A stretch of DNA of 64,000 nt from Candidatus Iainarchaeum sp. (GTDB lineage Archaea; Iainarchaeota; Iainarchaeia; Iainarchaeales; GCA-2688035): the NCBI GenBank assembly GCA_017610205.1, contig JAFCCL010000009.1, forward strand, positions 1 to 64,000. Direction: 5' to 3'. The translations under genes were made by a program, and so were the position numbers. Below are positions 1-9,900 of this stretch, one piece after another; position 1 is the first letter of the stretch; the number at the start of each line of letters is the position of its first letter. The notes beneath the pieces are model-generated. The model did not search any database, had not been told where the DNA came from, and worked only from the letters and a program-made list of their open reading frames with translations.

Positions 1-87
1 ACGCCTTTTGTATACATAACGATGTATATGCTATTTTTCTATATAACCACCCCACATATCTTCAGATGACCAAAGAGCGTAAATTTG

Positions 88-533
88 GTGATTTTGAAAG
101 GATATTCAAAAAACACAAAAAGCACAGGCTGCATTGGAATACCTTATAACTTACGGTTGGGCTCTTGTTGCAATTGCCACCATTGTAGGAGTTCTTGTTT
201 TTGTAGCAGGCGGAGGAGTAAACACAAACACAACCAACACCACCAACAATAGAATGCCCAACCCAACCAATAAACCAAAACTACCAATTCAACTGGAACA
301 AACAAAACTACAAATATGCCTACATGCAACTAAGCCACACACCAGAATTCACACCAGGAACCTACACATATCTCCTGCCAACAACAAACCCAACACCTGC
401 AAACACCCACTACAACACACTAACACAATACACAAACCTGTCCGCAAACAACAAAATATACACAAGAATACTCGCACTCACAAAAACATACCAAAAAGAA
501 TACAGTAACATCTGTCAGTTTGAAATAAAATAA
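88..533 (+). pseudogene. Disrupted class III signal peptide (archaeal pilin-like) gene joined to an out-of-frame C-terminal fragment
   Basis: KAQAALEYLITYGWALVAIATIVGVLVF is a class III signal peptide plus hydrophobic helix, but its frame has a stop at 95-97. The plausible start (GTG88/TTG94, MKGYSKNTK) is in another frame across A-runs. A protein-like frame (TIECPTQPINQNYQFNWN...CQFEIK*) runs 222-533 in the third frame. Confidence 0.55.
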
Positions 534-623
534 AAAAACAAACAAAACTCTTTTCTCAAAAAAAAGAACATAATAAAATAGCTGCAACAAATTTAAATCG
601 TAAAACAGAAATTTGTTGAGGAG

Positions 624-1577
624 CTACCAAGGTATTTTGTTTTGTTCCTTTAATGCTTTGTTTATTTCTTGGTTCATTTTAATTATTGCTTTTTCGCTTG
701 CCTGCTCAAACTCGGTTTCAGAGCATTGAAATTCTGGCTTTTTGTACGCAAATATTATTCCTCTTGACGAGTTTACTATTGCTCCCAAGCCATCGTCGTT
801 GAAACAGTTTAATGTGTCTTTGGCTGAGCCTCCTTGGGCACCATAGCCTGGAACCAAGAAAAATGATTTTTGCATTAGTGTTCTTAGAACTTTTGCCTGT
901 TCTGGATATGTTGCACCTACAACTGCGCCAACTGAGCTGTATCCATTACTTCCAATTTGTTCTTGTCCCCATTGGTTTACAAAAGAAGCCATCAGCTCAA
1001 AAACGGTTCTGCCATCGGCTAGTTTAACGTCTTGTAGGTCACCGGATGACTTGTTTGAGGTTTTAACCAGGACAAACATTCCTTTGCCAAATTCTTGGCA
1101 GGCGTTCACAAAAGGAGATACGCCATCTGTTCCAAGGTAGGCATTTACGGTAATTGCGTCAACATCAAACGAGTTCTCTTTTTTGGAGAAAACTTCAACG
1201 TTTCCAAGGTGTCCGTTTGAATAGGCTTTGGCTGTTGAGCCAATGTCGTTTCTTTTTGCATCCTCTATTACTAAAAGCCCTTTCTTTTTTCCGTATGCAA
1301 CTGTTTTTTTAAAAGCAGTTATTCCTTCAGGGCCATATGCTTCGTAAAAAGCCATTTGTGGTTTTATTACGGCTACGTGTGGAAAAACCTTGTCGATTAT
1401 TCTTTTATTGAACTCAAAAAACGAATAGCCAATTGCTTGAAATGTTTCGCCAAACTTGTCTTTTGCTTCTTTTGTAATGTGTTCTGGTATGCTTTCTATT
1501 CTCGGATCCAAACCAACAACCGCAACACTTTTTTTTCTGTTAATTTCACCTATTAACCTGTCTGCAAAATTTTTCAT
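624..1577 (-). CDS. pyrF: Orotidine 5'-phosphate decarboxylase, subfamily 2
   Basis: VGLDP, KPQMAFYE, DAKRNDIGST, VVGAT, LVPGYGAQGG and NSSRGI motifs. Confidence 0.95.
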   Translation of the reverse strand: MKNFADRLIGEINRKKSVAVVGLDPRIESIPEHITKEAKDKFGETFQAIGYSFFEFNKRIIDKVFPHVAVIKPQMAFYEAYGPEGITAFKKTVAYGKKKGLLVIEDAKRNDIGSTAKAYSNGHLGNVEVFSKKENSFDVDAITVNAYLGTDGVSPFVNACQEFGKGMFVLVKTSNKSSGDLQDVKLADGRTVFELMASFVNQWGQEQIGSNGYSSVGAVVGATYPEQAKVLRTLMQKSFFLVPGYGAQGGSAKDTLNCFNDDGLGAIVNSSRGIIFAYKKPEFQCSETEFEQASEKAIIKMNQEINKALKEQNKIPW

Positions 1578-2218
1578 TCAACCACCTCTTTTATTTTTCT
1601 AAGTTCTGCAAAATCAGTTATTTCAAAGTCTGCTTCAAGAACCTCTTTTTTTGGTGTATAATTTACTGCAATTGTTTTTATGCAAGCATTCTTTCCTGCA
1701 GCAATATCAAATTTGCTGTCACCAACCATTACAGTATTTTCTTTTTCTTCATTGAGTTTTGATATTGTTAGATTTATTCCTTCAGGATTTGGCTTGCCGT
1801 TTGAAACTTTGTCACCGCCTACAACAAAATCAAACAAGTCGTTTATTCCAAGGGCTTTTAGCAGCAGTAAAACAATTGAGGTCTTTTTTGTTGTAACCAC
1901 GGCCATTTTTATGCCTTTGGATTTAAGAAATGAAAGTGTTTCTTTCACATGCGGAAAAAGAATTGTTTTCTTGACACAAATTTCACAATACTGTTTCCTA
2001 TATATGCCACTGGCTTTTTTTACAAGACCTTTTTTGCTTTCAGGCAAAACTGTTTCAAACTGTTTTTCGAGAGGCATTCCTATAAGGGTTTTAAAAAAAA
2101 TTCTTGTTATTTTGCCACAGTCAAGTTCGCCAAGAACATAGTTTATTGTTTCAAAAATTCCTTGATTACTGTCAGCTATAGTTCCGTCAAAATCAAAAAT
2201 AAGCAGTTTTACATCCAT
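1574..2218 (-). CDS. HAD-superfamily phosphatase (phosphoglycolate phosphatase/PpaX-like)
   Basis: FDFDGT motif I, VVTTK, KPNPEG, VGDSKFD; overlaps the pyrF start by 4 nt. Confidence 0.9.
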   Translation of the reverse strand: MDVKLLIFDFDGTIADSNQGIFETINYVLGELDCGKITRIFFKTLIGMPLEKQFETVLPESKKGLVKKASGIYRKQYCEICVKKTILFPHVKETLSFLKSKGIKMAVVTTKKTSIVLLLLKALGINDLFDFVVGGDKVSNGKPNPEGINLTISKLNEEKENTVMVGDSKFDIAAGKNACIKTIAVNYTPKKEVLEADFEITDFAELRKIKEVVE

Positions 2219-2422
2219 GCTATTTGCATCCTTTTTTATAGATTTCTAGGGAAAGTAATTTCTTAATTTATTTTGTACTTTCTCTGCAGTAATTTTTTTA
2301 AGGTTCTTATTTTATTTTAAGCGGTAGAATTTTTCTTTCTTTTTTTGTTTTTCATTTTTGTTATACAATTACATTGTTTTGAGGCTCTATAGCAATTGAA
2401 TCCTTTTTTTGCAAATTCCTTT

Positions 2423-3664
2423 TTAGTAATTTAAAGGAAATTTGCTGCACAGTTCTTTTACCTGTTCTTTTGTTTTTTCTTTTAATTGCTTGTTTTCTGG
2501 GTCTTTTAGGATTTTTACCATCCAGTCTCCTACTTGTTTCATTTGCTCTTCTTTCATTCCCCTTGTTGTCAAAGCAGGGGTTCCGATTCTTATTCCAGAG
2601 GGGTCAAATGGCGACCTTGTTTCAAACGGAATGGTGTTTCTGTTTGTGTAAATTTCTGCTTCTGCCATGGCATCAGAGCCAATTCTTCCAGTTATGCCCA
2701 ATGAGGTTGCATCCATTAGTATTAGGTGGTTGTCTGTTCCACCGGAAACCAGCCTGATTCCTGCTTCCAAAAATGTTTCGGCAAGGGCTTTTGCATTTTT
2801 GACTATTTGTTTTTGGTATTCTTTGAATTCCGGCTTCATTGCCTCTTTGAAGCAGATTGCTTTTGCTGCAATAACATGTTCCATTGGCCCTCCCTGCTGG
2901 CCTGGGAAGACGCCTTTGTCAATTGCTTTTGCAATTTCTTCTTTGCACAAAATAAGAGCGCTTCTTGGTCCTCTTAGGGTTTTGTGCGTGGTGGTTGTTA
3001 TTACGTCGGTGTAAGGGGAACAGTTTGGGTGCACTCCTGCAAGAATTAGGCCAACTATGTGGGCTACGTCTGCCATGCTGTATGCTCCAACGTCTTTTGC
3101 AATTTCAGCAAATTCTTTAAAGTCTATTTCTCGAGGGTAGGCAGTTGCGCCTGAAACAATTAGCTTTGGTTTTTCTTTTTCAGCTATTTTTCTGACCTTG
3201 TCCATGTCAATTGTTTCGGTTTCCTTTTCCACGCCGTATGCTGCAAAGTCGTAGAGTGTTCCTGAAAAGTTTACAGGGTTGCCGTGTGTTAAATGCCCTC
3301 CGTGGGAAAGGTTTAGTCCAAGGACTTTGTCACCTGGCTTTAGCAAGGCAAAGTATACTTCTGCGTTTGCCTGGCTTCCGCTGTGAGGCTGAACGTTTGC
3401 ATGAGGCATGTTGAATAGCTTTTTTGCCCTTTCAATTGCCAGTGTTTCTATCTGGTCAACAAACTGGTTTCCTGTATAGTATCTTTTTCCAGGGTAGCCT
3501 TCACTGTATTTGTTGGATAAAGGCGTTGCCATTGCCTCCAAAACTGCTTTGCTTGCATGATTTTCACTTGCAATCATTACAAGGCCGTTCTTTTGCCTGT
3601 TTGTTTCTTTTTCAATCAGTGAGAAGACTTCAGGGTCTTCTTTTTTTACATCTTCCAAATACAA
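2423..3664 (-). CDS. glyA: Serine hydroxymethyltransferase (bacterial-type)
   Basis: [45 protein letters not shown] (PLP lysine), GTDNHL. Confidence 0.97.
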   Translation of the reverse strand: MYLEDVKKEDPEVFSLIEKETNRQKNGLVMIASENHASKAVLEAMATPLSNKYSEGYPGKRYYTGNQFVDQIETLAIERAKKLFNMPHANVQPHSGSQANAEVYFALLKPGDKVLGLNLSHGGHLTHGNPVNFSGTLYDFAAYGVEKETETIDMDKVRKIAEKEKPKLIVSGATAYPREIDFKEFAEIAKDVGAYSMADVAHIVGLILAGVHPNCSPYTDVITTTTHKTLRGPRSALILCKEEIAKAIDKGVFPGQQGGPMEHVIAAKAICFKEAMKPEFKEYQKQIVKNAKALAETFLEAGIRLVSGGTDNHLILMDATSLGITGRIGSDAMAEAEIYTNRNTIPFETRSPFDPSGIRIGTPALTTRGMKEEQMKQVGDWMVKILKDPENKQLKEKTKEQVKELCSKFPLNY

Positions 3665-3702
3665 TTATTCCACCCCCAACAGAATGATAATAATTTGAAA
3701 GC

Positions 3703-3785
3703 AAATTAATTAAAAGTGCAACTGTTCAAATTCAATTGTTTGAAATTAATTAAAGTACAATTGTTTCAAATTCAATTGTTTGAAA
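3703..3785. repeat. Two imperfect 40-bp tandem copies with an identical dyad core TTCAAATTCAATTGTTTGAAA
   Basis: Core at 3725-3745 and 3765-3785, in the divergent intergenic region between glyA and giant gene 1. Confidence 0.85.
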
Positions 3786-3931
3786 GGGGAAAGCACAACC
3801 TATTTAAATAAGAAAACACTTTAGTCCTATAATTAAATGTGATGGGAATACGGTCGTATTTTTGTTATATAGATAGATTAATAAATAAAGAAATGAGAAA
3901 TAGTAACAGTGCTTAGGCAAGTGAATTGTTT

Positions 3932-6900
3932 ATGGCTTTGGGTGACTTTTACAAGGGAATTGAAGACAAGTACTATAATTTTGTTGACTGGCTTGACGGC
4001 AAGGGCTTAAACTTTTATCCGGTAATTGACAAAATTGAAGAGCACAATATTCCGTCGTTTCCAATTGCTGTTTTGGCACTTGTTCTAATAATTGCAGGAA
4101 TTGCAATTGGCATTAGCATGCTTGTAATTCCGCAAACAGGAATTACTTTTGCTGTTTTGGACGAAGACGGAATTGCTGTTGAAGGTGCACAAATTCTTGT
4201 TACAACAAATTCAGGCATAGAGCTTGGTGGCGTTACAGGAGTTGATGGAAGGGTAACAATTGTTATTCCGGCAGGAAGTGCTGAGGCTGAAATTTCAAAA
4301 GAAGGTTATGCAAACGAAATTGTTTCACTTGAAGTTTTGGGCATGACAGAGGAAGAGGTCTTGCTTAAAAGCGAAACCACGGTTTTGTCAAAAACAATTC
4401 AGCTTATGAAAAGCGGCACAAGCCAGCTTTTGGATGAGGACATTTCAGTAAGGTTTACTTGTTCTGACCCAGAGGCATCAGGCTTTGATGAAATAAAGGT
4501 TTCAAGCGGGGGCACAATTGCTCTTGATGTTCCAGGCAATTGCGGTTCACTTATTGCAACTCCTTTAACAGGTTACAGTGCACCAAACGGAGTAATTAGT
4601 TTGCAGGAAACTGCACCACAGCTTTTCTTACAGGCAGTTGAATCAAATACCGGAACAGTAAATGTTTTTGTTGAAACAGAGGAAGGAGAAGCACTTGCAG
4701 GAATTACGGTTATTGTTTACAGCCAGGACGGAATACAAAAAGGAACAAGTTATACAAGCGCTGCAGGAACTGCGGTCTTTGAAAGTATTCCAACAGGTTC
4801 GTATTATGTTATTGTACATGATTCACAGGGACATTATGCAGGATATGACAGCAGCACAGAGGGAGTTTTAGGAATAAAGGAACTTGTAAAGGATGGCAGC
4901 GTTTCTTTTAATGCAGAGCTTTCAGAGGCAACTGTTGGAACAATAAAGGCAATTGTAAAGGACAGTTCAACAAGCCTTCCAATTGAAAACGCTGCTGTTT
5001 ATCTTAAGAAGAACAATGCAACTGTTGACACAGCGTACACTGATTCAGAGGGAGTTGTTGAATTTAATGTTGGAGAAAATGTTGAATACTGTTTGGAGGT
5101 TGATTCAGGCGTTTACCTTATTGCAATTGTGAATAATGTTAGGGCAAGCCAGTCTTTTAATGAAATTTATCTTGAGGCAGCAACAGCTGGCAATACACAG
5201 GTTTTAAAGGTTGAAGTTGTTGACAACAGGCAGAAGCCAATTGATGGCGTTAGGCTTGTTTTGAAAAAGGCTGATGGGACAATTTATGCAAACAATGTTG
5301 TTACAGGAGCTGATGGAGTTGGCGAATTTACAAACCTTCCTTTGGAAACATACTATGTTTATGTTGTAAAAAAAGGTTTTGAGGGCAGGGACAGTGACCC
5401 AATAACACTTAGGTCAAGGCAGGAAAACAAAATAACGGTTGTTCTGCCAATTGGCTTTGGAAATTTAGAGGTATTGGTTTTGAATGACGAGTTGCAGCCA
5501 GTGCAGGGAGCGGTTATTGAGGCAATCAATGTTGTTGACGAAGAAAAGGAACAGGAAGCAATTACTGACCTTGATGGAAAGGCAATTTTTAATTTCAGGG
5601 CTGATAAAAAGGTTTTCTTTAAGGTTGATGCAGAAGAGTTTTTGCCATATTATAGCATTGCAGTAATGCCTGATGCAGACAGCACTGTGACAACAGAGAT
5701 ATTGCTTGCAAAAGACCCAGGGCAGGTAGAGGTAAAGCTTGTTGGAATGTATCTTGACGGAGAGGTTGCTCCAAAAGAGCTTGCTCCTGGACAAAAGTAT
5801 ACTGCAAGGCTTTTACTGCTTTTGCCAAAAAACAGCTATTTTGATGAAGCAGGATTGCATTTAAGAGTTGGAAATGCCAATGAAGGCAAGACAAATATTA
5901 TGGAGGAGGACAGTGTTTACATCAGGAATGTTATTGCGTCAACTGCAGGCATTTTGAGAGGAACAAGCTTTACTCCTCCAAGCGGTTATGCCATTGATTC
6001 AACACACCTTACAACAGGGGATAGCAAGTGGGCAAGCCTTGGTTGGAGTAATGCAGGGCAGGGAGCTTATGCTGTTGAAGCAGAAATTCAGGTAAAGGAT
6101 TCTGCACAACTTGGACAATTGTTGTATATTAATTACAGGGGATTTGGAAAGAAAGACACTTATACAAGATTCCCTGCAGACTCTGCACTTGGAGGAGCTG
6201 AGTCAACGGCTTCAAAGCAGGCGCTTTATGCAAATACAGAGCAGGAGGTTTATACTGCTGGCCCAAGCAGCCTTTGCGGAACCAGCTTTTGCAAGACTTT
6301 TGGAGTTGAGGACATTGTGCGCAATTTGAAGGTAGATGTGATTGACCAGTACAATGGAACTATTGGAACTGTTTACAGGCTGCATTTTACAATTACAAGC
6401 ATTGCAGAACAGGCGTTTACAAACAGCACTATTGAATTCGGAAGCCAGGGAGACGGCTTGAGGTTTGAAGATTATGCAATAACTGATGCCACAGGAAAAA
6501 GAAGCGAGGGCAGTGTTGAAGGATACTTGCTTTCAAAGGAAATTGGAACCATGAGCAAGGGAAGCAGTGTATTTGGGTTTGTTGATTTTAGAACGGAGAA
6601 AGAAGGAAGCAATCCGTTTACAATTGTAATAAAGTCAAACAGCCAGCCTGTTTTAAGCGAGGGAATTGACATAAGTGTTGAGGCAGCAGAGCAATTGCAG
6701 CTTGACGTTTTGCCAAAGGAAATAATTCCAATGATTGACAATCAGATTCTTGTAAGGGTAAGCGACGAAAGCGATGAGCCTGTAAGCAATGCAATTGTTA
6801 CTGCAACAATTGATGACGCAATAGTTGTTTCAACCGAAAGCAATGGCTTAGGAGTGATTGAGTTTAAGCTTGAGATGCCTGTTTCAGGAAGCGTGCTTGT

Positions 6901-9900
6901 GATTACTGCTGAAAAGACAGGGTATAAGGGAGCAGAGCTTGAGGAAAAAATTGACTCAAGCATTTTGACTGTTACACCGCCTGAAATAAATGAAAAGCTT
7001 GATGTTTTGCTGACAGAGGTTGAAAAGCAGATTTGGTTCAACAACCAGACTGTAACAGATTTGGTGATTTCAAAGCTAACGTTCAGCAGCGACTTTGAAG
7101 GCCTTGTTTCTTTTGAGTGGGATGAGGATTATATTGGTGAAGGAATTAATGCTGATACAGACATGAATGTGTTCCTGTTGATTGGATTAACAGAACAGGG
7201 AACTCTTGTGGAAACACCTGTAAAGTTGGAGGGTTCTTTGTCAATTTATTTGCTTAGTGCAGAATTGCAGGAAACCTTTGTGGAAAATTTGCCCATAGAA
7301 ATAAGAATAGGGCTTGGAGGAGAAGCAGACAGTGACGATTGCATTGAAATTGTTCCGGTAAAGTGGGATATTACAACATCTGCAGACGGAGCAATAACTG
7401 AAGAATTTTCAATAAAGAACAATTGTACTGTTGAAAATCAGGAAATTGCCCTTTCAAAACTTGAAGCCAAAGTAATTAATGGAAGCAGCGATTCACTTGG
7501 CCAGTTCAAAATAAGCAGTGATGATTTGGAAATTTCTTCAATAGTAATTGGAGAAGAATACACTTCACTTGCAGACCTGTTGCCGGTTGGGTTTGAAGGA
7601 GAACTTCAGATAGAATTTGTTCCAACTTCAACAATTGAATCAGGAACAGCAAAGCCAAAAATTGAATTCAAGGCAGTGCATCCAATAGTTGAAGGCGAGG
7701 AAAAAATTTCAGTAAAGCTTCCTGTTGAAATAAGTGTAAGCAATCTTGAAAAATGCATTGAGGTTATTGCAGACGAACCAATTGAGGTTGAAACAACTCC
7801 AATGAACACCGGATTTGGACAGTATGGAAATTATGGCGGAAGCTATAATCCAGGTTATCAGGGCGGTTACGGTGGCTACGGAGGATACAGCAGCATTCCA
7901 GGAGTTGGTGGAGGATATAGCAATTCTGGTTACGGGGGAATGACAGGCGGTTACGGAGGAAGCAGTTATGGCAGAAGCAGTGGTTATTATGGCGGAAGTG
8001 CATATCCTTACTCTAATTTTAGTTCACCTTATTACACAAACTATTATGATACTGACCATGATAATTCCTGGAAATACGGCCTTGGAGAAAACAGTTTTAT
8101 TGTCAAAAACAATTGTTCAGAGGCAGTTGAAATAGACATTGATGTTCCTGCACAAATCAGGGTAGACGAAGAAAATTTTGAGATTTTGCCAAATTCAGAT
8201 ACTAGAGTAAGGGTTGAATCAGGATACAGAATGGGCAAATATGAAGTTGATATTATGGCAAAAAGAAAAGGAAGCCTTGATAAGGCTTTGAAAATTGAGT
8301 CACTTGACGTTATTGTAAGAAGAGCAGGAGAAATGGACGAGGAATGCCTTCAGCTTAGCACAAACAAAATAAAGCTCAACAATTTTATAGGCAAGCCAGT
8401 AAAAACAGAAATATACAATTACTGTTATGATGTAGGAGTAAGGCTTCCAAGCGGCGGCAATATAATAGACTTTACCTGCAAGGTTGCAGGACAGCCGCAG
8501 AACACTTACAGGTTTGAAGGAAAAGAGGAAACAACTGCTTACTTCCAATACCAACAGTATGGCTACAATGACCCTTTTGCACAGCCAAGCTCTTACATAA
8601 ATCAGCCTCCTGGAAACTATGGGGGGGAAACTTTCCTTCCAACAGGGCCTTATGGCCCAAGCTATGGAAATGCCATTAGTTCAAGCCAGGGATACAATTA
8701 CCCTTATGGAAGCAGCCCTTACGGCAGCAACAACTGGGCTCAAAACCAGGTTGGAGGCTACACAGGCAGGTGTGAATTGATTGACTCTGTTTACGTTACA
8801 GATGAACACACAAGCGGAATGGACGATGGAAAAACAATCCAGACAGTAGAATTTGAAATAAAGCCTGCGTTAAATTATAGAAAAATGTTATGCGAATTCC
8901 AGGGCCAGATGCCGTTTCAAAGCATTTTTGGACTAAGAGTAATGCTAAGCCAGGCTTATTACAGGGTTTATGTTGATGCCTCAGCAAATGTCAAATACTA
9001 CAATCCGTTTGGAAGTGCAACAAACAAGTATTTCCACGTGACTTTGGAGGATATGTGGGGAATTGGCGACACACTTGACGAATGCATGCGCAATGCAGGC
9101 ATTGCAGGAATATCTGCCCAAAGGCTTCAAAAATGCAGGGAAGCAGGAAGCACTGCACCAATAATCTCGGTTGTGAATACCGCTGGTCTTGATTTTTCAA
9201 GAAAAGGATACCAAAAAGGCTTTGTTCCACAGGGCTTGTTTAATGCAAATGATGTTTATGAATATACTGCAGACCCTGATGTTTTGAATATTCCACCTGC
9301 TTCAGGAAAGGCAAGCATTGTTGAAATAATTCCGCGCGAAATAGTGCACGAAAGCGGTGTAAGAATTTCGTTTGAGACAGTTAAAACAGAGTGTCCTGCA
9401 CCATACCCTGGGGGAAATTGGACAATTAAAATGAACATTGACAGGTCAGGCATGGATGAAAGCATTGGCTGTGCAATAATTAACAACCAAATTGCCATAA
9501 AGGTTTCAAGGCCAATGTTTTGGGAAAGCCCAAAAGAAACAATTTTACCGGTAAGAGTTAACGTGCTTAACAGAAATGAAAGCATAGACAGTGTAGACCC
9601 AACCACCTGCAGCACGCCGGGTTCGATTACACCAACAAGTGTAAGGTGTGCAGCAGGCGGAGTATCAGGAAAAGGAACTAATGAAAAGTATGGCTTTGAC
9701 AGGCTTCCGTTTGACTGGATCTGGAACGGAATTGACATACAGCAATGTGATGAAAAAACAAACGGCGGAAAGGAAAGCTTTTGTGACGGAGTACAGTTCT
9801 CAATTGAATTGAACAAAAAGGCAGAAAAAGTAAAAGAGTTTGTCACAGAAAACAAGGCAATTATTGACGATTACGCAGAATTCACAGGCGTTGCAAAGGA

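Noticed and set aside
221-533. AAC-rich tract as a DGR template repeat
   Set aside because: No reverse transcriptase and no adenine-mismatched partner repeat seen in the window; it reads as ordinary A/C-skewed coding sequence
3703-3785. CRISPR array
   Set aside because: Only two copies, the intervening sequences are themselves similar, and no cas genes are present
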